From a virus (Duplodnaviria > Caudoviricetes), in the IMG/VR virus record IMGVR_UViG_3300037264_004886, positions 1 through 62,134 of that record: a DNA stretch of 62,134 nucleotides; one strand, written 5' to 3'. This document shows positions 1-10,700 of this stretch, one piece after another; the stretch's first letter is position 1; each line of letters starts with the position of its first letter. The notes under the pieces were generated by a model. That model saw only the letters and a program-made list of their open reading frames with translations. It had not been told where the DNA came from and searched no databases. The position numbers and the translations under genes were made by a program.

Positions 1-135
1 AGTTGTGTTCGTTATCACCTGTGGATTTTGAATTTCCATTTGGTTAAGCACATCTACTTTTGCGTTTGTGGTTCCGATAAGAGCATTATATTGGTTTGCT
101 TTTGTTGTATACTCAATAAATCCGGGCTCACTTCC
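1..135. repeat. Terminal overlap, left copy (matches 62000-62134); indicates circularity
   Basis: 1-126 is identical to 62000-62125; 127-135 has 2 mismatches, both synonymous in the minus-strand frame (GGA AGT GAG vs GGA AGC GAA). Confidence 0.95.
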
Positions 136-1626
136 GATCCACTTTCCGTCTTTAATATTCCCGGCACTTAACATCGTTAATTCGTTCTGCATGGTGATGA
201 GATTTGATTTTTGGGTCGTTACATCGGCTCGTAAATCAAAGATGGTATCGTTTGACCCGGATATTGAGTACGTAGACTTTGAAGACGTGTTTGTAATCGG
301 GGCGAGAGGCTGTGCAGTCCCTCCACCACCAAACACTCCTCCGAAAAAACCCATTGCGGCATCCCAAACGGATTTTTGGATCTCAGTTCCGGTTCCTGGT
401 AATGTCGCGTCCGACTTCCCTGTCGAGCTGAACGGTGTCGGCAACCCTGCCCCCTCCATCGTCAGCCCGGGCACGTTCACTACGGTAACAGGTGCGCTCT
501 CTCCGAACCCGGGATAAACGGCAGTTGTTTTTCCAGTATCCTTGTCAATGGCTGTGAATACTGGATCTGTGTTGATTGTCTTGGGTGCGAACATCGGCAA
601 CCATTGAACTCCAGTAAACCCTTTCGGCAGGTTTGAATCTGCGAACTTTACCAGATTAGCATAGTTCCAGGCGTCTTGCGGATATACGCCCGGCTGTATG
701 ATGTTGCCTTTCGCGGCTTCACCTTCAATGGTTATACCAGTAAGTAACTGCACTCCTTTCGGATACAATTCACTTCCGATATCAGAATAGTTTTGAGGGT
801 TTTTCTGAATGTCCTGAACGAGAGCGGTTTGGTTTGCCGACCACATCGGGGTCATTCCGGAAACGTTTCCCCCGCCCTGTGCATAAACTATAGGGGTCTG
901 CGGTTTCCCGCTAACCGTTCCGCTCTGAAGTGCGTAATCTCCACCACCTGCGACAACCATATTGCCGCTGTAAATCTGGTATGCTCCTCCGGGTGCAAAC
1001 CCAATCTTTGCGTTGTCAATAGCGATCTGGGATTTGTCTCCCCACGGAACGAACATAGTAACGCCCGGGACGTTGCCGATTAGTGAAACCGGCATCGAAA
1101 ATAGTTTATCCATCGCATTACTGGAGTAATCCCGCAAAGGGACCGTTGCACGGGCATCCTCCCAAGAGCCGACAGTCATGAAACCCGGAGCGTTCACCAT
1201 CCCAGTAAACCCCTGATCAACGGCTTTCTTGTAGACGCCCGGATCTAACGTGCCACCCATGTGTTGTACATACGCAGCCTGCCCGGCGGCTGTTGACATA
1301 TCATAAGAGGGTGTGGATGGTTGTGTTGTCACTTGCGTTTGAGGTTGCGGAATAGATACGGTATTGTTGGCAATCTTGTTGTAAAGGTTATACTCCGCTG
1401 TACCCTGAGTGTACGGATTCGGGTTGCTGAAGTTTGTCGAACCCATCCAGTTGTTAAACTGAGTTTGGTTCCCTCCCCATAGTGGAAGATCAGATGCAGT
1501 ATACCCTCCACCAATCGGGTTGTTCCATCCGGGAGATCCCGGAGCATACGGCAATCCCGGTATTGACGGTGTTTGACCCGGTAGGTTATACGGGTTCGGG
1601 TCTGGGTTCGGATCGTATCCGCCCAT
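1..1626 (-). CDS. 5' part of a giant ~1716-aa protein continuing across the junction into 58475-61999
   Basis: ATG at 1626 (MGGYDPNPDPNPYNLPG...). I found no in-frame stop from 1626 to 1, and the frame joins ORF 58475..62050 through the overlap. Missed by the ORF track. Confidence 0.85.
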   Translation of the reverse strand, partial: MGGYDPNPDPNPYNLPGQTPSIPGLPYAPGSPGWNNPIGGGYTASDLPLWGGNQTQFNNWMGSTNFSNPNPYTQGTAEYNLYNKIANNTVSIPQPQTQVTTQPSTPSYDMSTAAGQAAYVQHMGGTLDPGVYKKAVDQGFTGMVNAPGFMTVGSWEDARATVPLRDYSSNAMDKLFSMPVSLIGNVPGVTMFVPWGDKSQIAIDNAKIGFAPGGAYQIYSGNMVVAGGGDYALQSGTVSGKPQTPIVYAQGGGNVSGMTPMWSANQTALVQDIQKNPQNYSDIGSELYPKGVQLLTGITIEGEAAKGNIIQPGVYPQDAWNYANLVKFADSNLPKGFTGVQWLPMFAPKTINTDPVFTAIDKDTGKTTAVYPGFGESAPVTVVNVPGLTMEGAGLPTPFSSTGKSDATLPGTGTEIQKSVWDAAMGFFGGVFGGGGTAQPLAPITNTSSKSTYSISGSNDTIFDLRADVTTQKSNLITMQNELTMLSAGNIKDGKWIGSEPGFIEYTTKANQYNALIGTTNAKVDVLNQMEIQNPQVITNTT

Positions 1627-1631
1627 TCAAA

Positions 1632-3272
1632 TCATCTCCTCTTCTTTGGTCTGCCAACCGAAGTACCGACAACCACCCGCATCTGTTTCGCCATACTCTT
1701 CGGACGGTGTGGCGGGTTGATTTTCGCCTGTTTTATTGGATGGACAATGGCAACCGGAGTAATGTGAGTGAATCCAAACGCCGTTGCCATATTCTTTCCG
1801 TGCTGCGTGTGGTTGATATTCGGAATGCGAACCGATTTCCCTACCAACGGTTTCATTACGAACTTGCTCGCCATTGACTTTCCGGACAATTTTACGGGAT
1901 CGCGGTGCGGCATATTGAATCTGAAAGATAGGTTTGCTTTGCCCATAGCGAACCCTTTGATCATGCCCTGCCGACCCCCCTGGTAGTACCGACTTAACGG
2001 GCTGGTTGCCAGAATAGACCCGGAGGTTAACGAACCGTATCCCATTGCTTTGTTCTGGAGTCCCTCTTGAAATTGTCTGTTCTGCAAATTCTGGATTTCG
2101 TATTGTTCTCCCGCAAGTTTTGAAGAGTAGTCTGCCATAGACTGCTGGAACTTTGTAGATGCCTCCCCAAACTGTGTTTCAGACGATCTGTTCAGAGAAT
2201 AATCGGATAAGGCTTTCTGGAAGTCCCCCACGTCTTTACTAATTTGCCAATCTCGGTTGTATTTTGCTTCTGCCGATTGGTAATCTTCTGAACGCTTTGC
2301 CGATTCTCCAGCCAGCGTTCTTTGCATATCATACGCGGCTTTGCTTGTCTGTAAATCAAACGATTTTTGTGAGGAGAATATTGCCAAATCTTCCTGATAT
2401 TTTCTAAACGGTTCGGTTAATGTATAATCTGCCGATTCCTTTGCAGTTTTTAATTGTGATTCCGCACCCGGTCCAAGCGACCACGCCTGCTGGCGCTCTT
2501 CGGCAGCTCTGGTAAGTTTCTCTTGAACGGTTTGTGGTGTCAACCACGTTCCTTTTCCATATGAATCAACACTATATATTGGGGATAAACCAAGCTGGAA
2601 CCGTTCTTGTCGTAAGGTTAGTTCTTCTTGTAAGATGTGTTGCCTTTGCTCAGCAGCCTGCGCTATTGTAACCCCGCGCCCCTCAGCCTCAATCTGAAGT
2701 GCTTTCTGTCTTTGTTCGGAGGCAGTTCCGATACGGGCAGCTTCAGAAACCCTCTTTTCCCTTTCAGTAGCCTCCTCGTAAGATTGACCGGGCGTCCCCC
2801 AAAAAGATTTATCCTGCTTGTTAGCCTTAATCGACCCCATTACGCTTCCCATATCCATCCAATAGAAATCGTTACCCTTGGTAAGACCAAGCTGCGATCC
2901 GGTTACCGTTTGTCTGGATGTCGGTGTGATAGGGCTTGTGTTTTCTACGGATGTAAAAGGGTTGAAGGCAACGTGTGTAGTCCCATATTTTGCCAGTGAC
3001 TCGGCGAGATCGGCTGCAAAAGCGGGTTGTGCTCCGGGAGTGGTATAATTGGGCTCCCATGCATAAGTTGGAAGCCCCGTAGATCCTGTTATTGCACCAT
3101 AAGCATTCGCTTGCGCTTTACTCATACTCGAAGGAACAAAAAAAAACTGATTACTTGTCGGGCGCCACACCACGTAGTCCAACACAGCGTCGTTGTTAAT
3201 ATCCGAACCTTTTAATCGAATGTCTGTAATCTCTCCATAAGTTAAATCGTCCTGAGACCAACCTTGAACCAT
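1632..3272 (-). CDS. 546-aa protein with Q/E/A-rich helical core and basic C-terminus; possible internal virion protein
   Basis: Long ORF directly upstream of the giant gene; function inferred from composition only. Confidence 0.6.
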   Translation of the reverse strand: MVQGWSQDDLTYGEITDIRLKGSDINNDAVLDYVVWRPTSNQFFFVPSSMSKAQANAYGAITGSTGLPTYAWEPNYTTPGAQPAFAADLAESLAKYGTTHVAFNPFTSVENTSPITPTSRQTVTGSQLGLTKGNDFYWMDMGSVMGSIKANKQDKSFWGTPGQSYEEATEREKRVSEAARIGTASEQRQKALQIEAEGRGVTIAQAAEQRQHILQEELTLRQERFQLGLSPIYSVDSYGKGTWLTPQTVQEKLTRAAEERQQAWSLGPGAESQLKTAKESADYTLTEPFRKYQEDLAIFSSQKSFDLQTSKAAYDMQRTLAGESAKRSEDYQSAEAKYNRDWQISKDVGDFQKALSDYSLNRSSETQFGEASTKFQQSMADYSSKLAGEQYEIQNLQNRQFQEGLQNKAMGYGSLTSGSILATSPLSRYYQGGRQGMIKGFAMGKANLSFRFNMPHRDPVKLSGKSMASKFVMKPLVGKSVRIPNINHTQHGKNMATAFGFTHITPVAIVHPIKQAKINPPHRPKSMAKQMRVVVGTSVGRPKKRR

Positions 3273-3386
3273 CTTTAAAAACCTCTAATCTCTTAATTGT
3301 GGTGGAAGTATTTAAAACCTTCCAACCCCCCAAAAACTATTTATTATCAGACGTAAAAGAGTGTCTAAAGGCGGGTTACCGCCTTG

Positions 3387-4451
3387 TTACTTTTTGTATG
3401 GAAGATTTTTTTGTATAATTTTCCATTCTTCTTTTGTATAATAACACTTTCCCCCGTGTTTTTTGATCAAGTCTTCAAAGTATTTAACCCACTCTAATTT
3501 ATTGGTATTAACCATTGTATTCTCCCCGGCAGTTAATAAAACAAACTTGTTTGGATCTCCGTCAATGTAATGTTTCTGACCGTCAATCCAAGCATAATAT
3601 CCCCCAACATCTTCATCCCAAATGCAACACGCTTTCTCTTGATAGTAAACGTGATGGCAAGATAGTTGTCGTTTTCTCTTTCCATTTTCTTCTCTGGTTT
3701 TTTTAGATATTACACTTTTATTTCCCCAATACTCGCGGATTCTCATACGAAGAAACGCATCCCATAACTCACAATATTGTTTCCCTTCTGGATATCTTAC
3801 ATTCCCATACCAATGACCCCCCAAACCATTTTCACTTAGTTTAATTCGCGTTTCTTCAGAGGATGTTTTTCCAGTATTAAGTATTCGTAGCTTTTCGCGG
3901 GTTTCTTCAGACCGCGGTTTCCCCTTCTTCGAATCTCCTATTTTTCTACGGTGTTCTTCTGTTTTTATTTTCCCCCTTTGTGCCACACTCATTCTCAATA
4001 AAGTTTCCTCTGATATGGGCGCCCGCCGTTTCTGCGACTCGCTTATTTTCTTGCGAGATTCTTCTGTATGGTGCTTTCCATAAAAAAAATTTCGCTCTCC
4101 GGCATTTTTACCTTTCATAGAAACGCTTATTTTGTGTCTGCTTTCTTCGGTTAGTTTCCTCCCCTCAAGAGACTTGCTTATTCTTTGTCTTGTTACATCC
4201 GTTATGGGAGGTCTATTTTTTGAAGATATCCTCAATTTTTCGCGGGTTTCTTCCGACGGGTGTTTTCCGAAAAAGTGATGTTTCTCCCCCCTTTGTGCCT
4301 CGCTCATTTTCCGGCGGGTCTCTTCTGAGTGTGTTCTTCCTTTTTGTGCCTCGCTCATTTTCCGTAGAGTTTCTTCTGATAGTGTCTTTCCTAAATGTTT
4401 CTGCCGATTTATTTCTTTCGCCTTTTCTGTGTGATGTGATCCGGATCTCAT
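3387..4451 (-). CDS. NUMOD3-repeat HNH-type (homing-like) endonuclease
   Basis: Many HSEETRRKMSEAQKG-type repeats; C-terminal LSCHHVYY...LTAGENTMVN. Start at 4451 overlaps the stop of a small Cys-rich ORF (ATGA). Confidence 0.75.
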   Translation of the reverse strand: MRSGSHHTEKAKEINRQKHLGKTLSEETLRKMSEAQKGRTHSEETRRKMSEAQRGEKHHFFGKHPSEETREKLRISSKNRPPITDVTRQRISKSLEGRKLTEESRHKISVSMKGKNAGERNFFYGKHHTEESRKKISESQKRRAPISEETLLRMSVAQRGKIKTEEHRRKIGDSKKGKPRSEETREKLRILNTGKTSSEETRIKLSENGLGGHWYGNVRYPEGKQYCELWDAFLRMRIREYWGNKSVISKKTREENGKRKRQLSCHHVYYQEKACCIWDEDVGGYYAWIDGQKHYIDGDPNKFVLLTAGENTMVNTNKLEWVKYFEDLIKKHGGKCYYTKEEWKIIQKNLPYKK

Positions 4452-4635
4452 ATCCTTACCTGCCAACAGGCTTGCCCAATATAACATTTCAAACGGTTTT
4501 TAGGACACGTCTTTTCTGTGCCTTTACATACGACACAATTCTTATTATTCAAAATCTCATTACTCATCAACTTACACCGATTAGTCATATTATGTAATGC
4601 GCTTTAATATGTATTAAAACTTTCTACAAAAAAAA

Positions 4636-4812
4636 TTACTTCTTATAAGGTAGATTTTTTTCCATTCTAATAAGATATTTATAATATAAAATTCCGTGTT
4701 CTCTGACGTGGTCTCGCACGACATTCTTCGCTCTCGCAGGAGATGTCGTGTGCTCCATTTCGATCTTGTACCAGCGAGCCATTTGAGACGGCTTGATACG
4801 CGGTAACGTCAT
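4636..4812 (-). CDS. 58-aa DUF5661-like protein (not in ORF track)
   Basis: Manual translation MTLPRIKPSQMARWYKIEMEHTTSPARAKNVVRDHVREHGILYYKYLIRMEKNLPYKK; pattern ExEH...DH.xE...YY..L..ME; ATGA coupling to the upstream gene. Confidence 0.6.
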   Translation of the reverse strand: MTLPRIKPSQMARWYKIEMEHTTSPARAKNVVRDHVREHGILYYKYLIRMEKNLPYKK

Positions 4813-5411
4813 GGATACTTCCTCCGCTTTGCAATACCAGATTGCCGATACAGAGCGTCAACTTTTTTCTCTAAGCGCTCCCCTTCAAGCGATTTGTTCA
4901 CAGAACCCGTCAGCATTCTCCTGTCCTGACGGATCTGTTCCCTTACCAACGATATCTTTTTCGGGAGTGACGTGTGCGGCGGGAAACGTAATCGGGTATC
5001 AAAATAGTATCCGAGTTTCATATTTCGGATGCCGCTCGCGGGGAGTCTGCCGACGACTTCTAAATCCGTGCGCCGTTCATTTTTATAATTTTCTCCCTCT
5101 CGTTTGCGGTTTTGATGTACAAATTCATGAAGGATTGCTTGGTGTAAATCTGTTTTATTCAATCCTTTTCCTATTCTCAAATCAACCATAGTATGATGCC
5201 CGGGAGTTTTCATTCCCTTTAACAATGGAACGCTCCCCGTATCTGCTGCATATTTCCCGGGTAGTTTCCGATCAAGATTGGAATAAACCACGCCAATATT
5301 GCTTCGCTCTTTAGAAGTGAAATCGTTATTTAAAACAGATTTTATTGTGGTTGATACCATTTTACGTCTTTGTGGAGTACCTCCAACAACTATTATTTTA
5401 TCTGTTACCAT
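4809..5411 (-). CDS. Basic protein with HExxH zinc-metallopeptidase-like motif
   Basis: AILHEFVH plus downstream E; TATA-like TTTTTATA about 25 bp upstream (leaderless). Confidence 0.5.
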   Translation of the reverse strand: MVTDKIIVVGGTPQRRKMVSTTIKSVLNNDFTSKERSNIGVVYSNLDRKLPGKYAADTGSVPLLKGMKTPGHHTMVDLRIGKGLNKTDLHQAILHEFVHQNRKREGENYKNERRTDLEVVGRLPASGIRNMKLGYYFDTRLRFPPHTSLPKKISLVREQIRQDRRMLTGSVNKSLEGERLEKKVDALYRQSGIAKRRKYP

Positions 5412-5455
5412 GAAAGACTAATTAAAATTGAAAATATAAAAAGGTTGTGTGTCTT

Positions 5456-5561
5456 TTACCAAACCTTACCCTTCCATACCAAACCTTACCATTCCATACC
5501 AAACCTTACCGTGACGCTCCGCACCCTGCCCGAACATACCGCAACCACATTTCGGTGTGGT
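5456..5561 (-). ncRNA. Orphan pentamer array (GGY+NN, 18 units) with terminal hairpin; candidate guide RNA
   Basis: Plus strand reads ttacc aaacc ttacc cttcc atacc ... gcaac, followed by hairpin ACCACAT-TTCG-GTGTGGT; TATA-like element at 5583-5590. Strand uncertain. Confidence 0.65.
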
Positions 5562-5660
5562 GATAACTAATTGTCGCACTTATATTTATAATTAATTGTT
5601 TTATATTTGTGTTTGCATATTTGTATGTATGTATGTATTGGTATAAAGAGGTATTGTTAA

Positions 5661-6326
5661 TTATTTTTTAAGTATCCCAACAATCATTCCCGCAATGGAA
5701 GCATACATAATCCCCTGCGCCACGCTTGCTATCCCGGCTGGCAATCCGAGTTGTAACCCGGACGTTCCATACCACAGGAACACACCCGATATTAATCCAA
5801 CAATGCTTGGGATAGTGAGTGATCTTCCGCCTAACCAAAACCCGAGGTAAATTGCCATAAACAGCATAAACCATACGATTGTCTCGAAACCAGGCGTTAG
5901 TAGCCACATATATGATTGAACAGCATTCCACGGCAACAACTGAATATCAAATCCACTTTCAGTCAGGTTGTAAAAGATTGTGCTGAACGTGGTTGTCGGC
6001 ATCGGAGTGACCGACGTTGTTACGAAACTTAGTTCCGACCCACATCCAGTAGTATCACAAATCCGATAATAAAACACCGTTCCTCCGTTTAACGGAGATC
6101 CTTTTATCGTAGTCAACAAACACGACGCTGCCGTTCCGTTCGGAGTTTTCCACGACAGATACCCGGGTTGCTGTCCCCATTCAAACCAACACGGAGTTGC
6201 TGCACCAACAGACGCCAGATTTACAGAGTTTGATGTATTCCCCCCGGACGGAGAGGTAGTTGGAATTGCACAGACCCCCCCAACAAGCACCAGAATTGAT
6301 AGTATTAAAATAATTATATTTTTCAT
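5661..6326 (-). CDS. Membrane protein with signal peptide, FN3-like extracellular domain and C-terminal TM helices
   Basis: Signal peptide; WFEWG...FYYRIC...G.ELSF pattern; hydrophobic C-terminus. Confidence 0.6.
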   Translation of the reverse strand: MKNIIILILSILVLVGGVCAIPTTSPSGGNTSNSVNLASVGAATPCWFEWGQQPGYLSWKTPNGTAASCLLTTIKGSPLNGGTVFYYRICDTTGCGSELSFVTTSVTPMPTTTFSTIFYNLTESGFDIQLLPWNAVQSYMWLLTPGFETIVWFMLFMAIYLGFWLGGRSLTIPSIVGLISGVFLWYGTSGLQLGLPAGIASVAQGIMYASIAGMIVGILKK

Positions 6327-6328
6327 GA

Positions 6329-6601
6329 TTAATACTCCGGCTGATACGATCTCACTGCGATCACCTGCATGTACATGTTAAATATTAGTACACATTCAAG
6401 CACTATCAGGAACCCATAGAACACCGATGGGAACCACTGAACTATTGCGGGGTTAATCACCGGATTTGCCATTTTCTGCTGAGACAACCACGAAAAAATC
6501 GGTCCGAACGTGGCGCCTCCTGCAAAAGCAAACAGAAGAAGTATAATCGTGTTCGTCACTACCATTATTCCCGCTACCAACATTCTAATTCCACTCGCCA
6601 T
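6329..6601 (-). CDS. 90-aa two-TM hairpin protein (possible minor capsid protein)
   Basis: Two hydrophobic helices with a short linker; in the adhesin operon. Confidence 0.5.
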   Translation of the reverse strand: MASGIRMLVAGIMVVTNTIILLLFAFAGGATFGPIFSWLSQQKMANPVINPAIVQWFPSVFYGFLIVLECVLIFNMYMQVIAVRSYQPEY

Positions 6602-6603
6602 TT

Positions 6604-6861
6604 TCAGACCTCCCCGGTTGTTTCATTCGATGTTTGGATAATATGGTTCAACAATAACGCCAACAGGTATAAGAACGGAATTGCCTTGAATGCCAGACTT
6701 AAGTAGTAAAGAGTGTTGAGAGCGTCCTGGCTCAACATCAACCCCGTAATACTACTATTTGCAGTTTGAATTATTTTGTCGCAGACGAATCCCATACACC
6801 CGAATATCAACCCCACAACAAGGAAATTGATAACCAATCCCACCAAACTTCCAGCAGACAT
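6604..6861 (-). CDS. 85-aa two-TM hairpin protein (possible minor capsid protein)
   Basis: Same architecture as the neighbouring gene. Confidence 0.5.
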   Translation of the reverse strand: MSAGSLVGLVINFLVVGLIFGCMGFVCDKIIQTANSSITGLMLSQDALNTLYYLSLAFKAIPFLYLLALLLNHIIQTSNETTGEV

Positions 6862-7706
6862 TAGAAATCCACGCTCCCCATCGTAGGCTTGTAATACAAT
6901 TCAAAGATGAACTTCGTATACAGTATATAAATCCCGACTTGAATTAATCCGAGAACGGCAAGCCCATATATGTTCGCCGTTCCATCGAGATTCCACACCA
7001 TCCACGGATATGTCAATCCCAACACCCCTGAAAACGCAACCAAACTTAACAGTAAAGTCAACATCAGTTTTAACGATGAAATCATCATATCCGTCATTAC
7101 TCCAAGAGTGCTGGCAATGCTCCCAAGCAACCCTCCAGAATTAGTAACTATCGGAATTTGTGTTTCTAATTTTACGTTGTCGTACTTCCATTCGTTTTCG
7201 GGTGTTGGTGCTGCATTACCTTCCCAAATATTCGTCATATTCACAACCCCAATCACCGTCTGTAACAGAATCATGAATATCATGAGGTTGACGATCATAC
7301 TGCCCGGACCCCCGACCCCGAACCGTTCCCGGAGAGAATCTTTCATGTAAATTGCCGATCCGAGAATAATACACACTACAATAACTCCCCAAGTCTGAAC
7401 CGGGTCGGGTCCACGCAACCACTCGAAGTATACAAACAGGGCGGCAAAAACGGGTATCAGCACAGCAAAGAACCGGGTGTTCCGGCTGGAACTGAGCGCT
7501 CCGAGCAGGAACAGAACCCCAATTGCTAAAAAGTTATAGTACATTGTAGCGTTCGCTGGCACGATGGTTTCCAGTCCGAGCGAGACCAGCCGGAACGCCC
7601 CGGTCATCGCCGCGTCCCGGGATGCCGACATATTGACTGCCGATGCCGGGACAACCATCATTAACGCTGTTAACGCCAGCAATTTTAGTTTAGACCCGAA
7701 CTGCAT
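6861..7706 (-). CDS. Multi-pass membrane protein
   Basis: Signal peptide and several TM segments; likely start MQFGSK at 7706. Confidence 0.65.
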   Translation of the reverse strand: MQFGSKLKLLALTALMMVVPASAVNMSASRDAAMTGAFRLVSLGLETIVPANATMYYNFLAIGVLFLLGALSSSRNTRFFAVLIPVFAALFVYFEWLRGPDPVQTWGVIVVCIILGSAIYMKDSLRERFGVGGPGSMIVNLMIFMILLQTVIGVVNMTNIWEGNAAPTPENEWKYDNVKLETQIPIVTNSGGLLGSIASTLGVMTDMMISSLKLMLTLLLSLVAFSGVLGLTYPWMVWNLDGTANIYGLAVLGLIQVGIYILYTKFIFELYYKPTMGSVDF

Positions 7707-10700
7707 TGTAGTACCACCTCCACTGTTCTCCACGAATATTCGGAATGGTTTTGTTTAACCACACAAGACTGGTCCCCGGGGCGGTCGATGTTGAATACAC
7801 AACCGTATCATTGTTTTTACTCTTTAAATAAAATTCTAATAGAGTAGTTAACCCGGAAGTATCCTGATATCGAATACCAAACGTCGCGTAGGTAGTGTTT
7901 GGTTGTGCGAACGTCAGGGTCGCATTTACCTGGGTTATAGAGTTGTTAACTGTTGGTGCTGCCATCCAGATTGTGTACTTGTTGTCGGCGGGTTGGATTA
8001 TCGTTATGTAATTATACCCTTTTCCTTTAACAGTAATATTGTATTGAAGGCTGGAGTGCATGGTAAACACAACACTACCGTCACCAGTGGTGTTCCCCGT
8101 CATTGTCAACAAACTGTTTTTCATTTGGTCGGAAACTGTAGATGGAATACCGAACATTGTAGTTAACCAATCTTTGTCCGGGAATGTATCAACTACAAAC
8201 GTCGCATTAACTTGTAATCCCGGGAGTGGTGCTCCATACGAATTTACAATCTGGAAATCTACTTGTAGTGGAGAATACCATGTGCTCTGTTGTGTATTGG
8301 TACTGACTATAATGTAATCGTATTTTGTTTCAGTATCAACCCCGGCGTCGTTAGCAACAATTAACGAAACAGTATAAATTCCAATCCCTGTATAAATGTG
8401 ACTTAACGTAGCTGCCGTGCTGTCTGAGAATGTTCCATCACCAAAACTCCAGTTATACGTGACGTTAACGTGGTTGGTTACTATACTGTCGTCAGTAAAC
8501 GTTACAAACACACCCGCAATCCCGGTTGTCGGGACCGCATGAAACGCGGCATCTAATATTCCCACCGTGGTGTTTCGCCACGTCATATTAGAAATGCTGG
8601 TATTTGATGCCAGAGCCGCCGTCATTGTCACGTTCTTTACACCAGCACCACCCGTCAACGCCCACGAATGCGAAACGTTGAGTTTATCAGTACCGGATTC
8701 ATACGTACCGTCCCCAAAACTCCAGTTCCACCACGAAGCATTCAGAGTGGTGCTGTTGAAATATACCGTCTGGGATGTCGGAGACGCCCCTAAGATAGTT
8801 ATATTGGTTGCGCTCTGATCGAAACTTGGAGAAAGTATCGGGTTGAGAATGTTGATGTATCCAACCCGGGTAGATGTGTTCACAACCGATATATTCTGCC
8901 ACAACCGACCTTCCAGACTCACCGTCATTAATCCCACCATATTGTAAACGTGAGTTGGCGAAGCGTCAGTTCCGTTCGTCCACGTTCCGTCTCCCCAACT
9001 CCAATTGTAAATGTTTGGGAACCCGGTTGAAGCGTCAGTAAGTTTAAACGCGCTGAAATTGGCATACCCGGACGTTGCGTTTGCCGAGAATGCGGGTTTT
9101 GTATCCCATGGAACGAAACTCACGTTTGTTATAATAAAGTTGTGAACCGGGTAACTCTGCCCGGTAGTACCGTTTGTCAGAACACCAGTTCCGAAATACT
9201 GTGCATCCGCCTCTTCACACATACACGAATAATTGTAATAGTTCATTACAACATCAACAAAACTCGCTCGGGTTGCCCCAGGAGCAAAACCTCCCGGTCT
9301 GGTAGCGTTAATTAAAACTCTGCCGGCAGTGTTGTCAATGTTTGAATAGGTGATCTGAACATCCGCCCACGTAGATGTATTGGGTAATACTTGAACAGCC
9401 TGTTGATGTAACGGGTTGAATCCGACGGACGTTGTAATGTTGGTTGCGTTGTTCACATTCTGGATTTGTAGAGTTCGATACCGGGGCGTTCCGTTTGCTA
9501 TGAACGCATTGCTCGGAACAGCCGGATCGGTTTTGAACCGTAGAGTACTAAGCGGGTTGATATCCGGGTATATCTCGTATAAATTCCCGGCATATTCATA
9601 AACTGGTGCTGTAAAAGCAGTCCCCCACCGTGCTACGTTCGATATGCAGGTTTCGTCCAGATACATCTGTAACGATTGAACTCCAACACCCGGGTCTCCA
9701 TACACTACGGGACCAACAACATCATAATTCCCCGCTAGTGTTGCGGATGTTGCCAACGAACCGTTCACATAAACCGATACCAACCCGGACTGCCGGACAA
9801 CCGCAACGTGCGACCATCCGTTTAACGGTATAGTAAACGATGGTGTTTCGGTTGCCGTCGATCCTCCGTAAAACCGATAATTGTTTGAACCACGCGAATA
9901 CAATCCCCACCCATTATTTTCCGGGTTTGTAGTTCTGGATATTATGAAATCGTTAACTGAAGACGCTGTTGGAAATACCCACTGTTCAATAGTAAAATCT
10001 CCCGTTCCGAAATCAAACGACGGGTTTGATAGTGTGGATATTTTCGACGTTGCAGATGCAAACAGCCCGGAGGTTGCGTTAAACCGGAATTGTGCGTTAG
10101 ATATAGTTGCTGCTGTCGGCACCCACGCGGGACCGACTGCTCCAATAAATGTTGTGCTCCCGGAAGTTCCCATAAAATGCAATCGGGATATCAGATTGGC
10201 ATCCACATCAGAACTTAAATTAATAAAGAAATTCTTGGTGGATGTATTATCGGCTAATACCCCGGATGCCGTCAGAGTCACATTATACTTCCGGGCAACG
10301 TCATAAATATAAACCGGGTTTTGAGCTGTACTTGTGCCGCCATCTCCAAACGTCCACGCAAATGTAGTATATCCCGCCGAACTGTTGTCATAGAACTGAA
10401 CAGGCATTCCATACCGTGCGGATTCTGTATTGTTTGCCGTGAAGTTCGCTCCGGGGGAGGTTGTAATGTAGGCAATTTTGGTTTCGGTATCGGTTCCGTC
10501 AGACCCATATACTGTAAGACCAACAGTAAACGATCCCTGAGTAACATAATTGTGATTTGGATTTCTCAATGAAGATATCCCGCCATCTCCAAACGTCCAA
10601 TCCCACTGATATAAATCGTCTCCAGTACTCCAATCAACAAACGAAACCAATAATGGAGCTGCTCCAGATGTGGGCGCTCCAACAAACTCTGCATTTAAGG

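Noticed and set aside
68-1877. Plus-strand ORFs 68-517, 793-1083, 1482-1877
   Set aside because: Antisense to the uninterrupted minus-strand giant gene and its neighbour.
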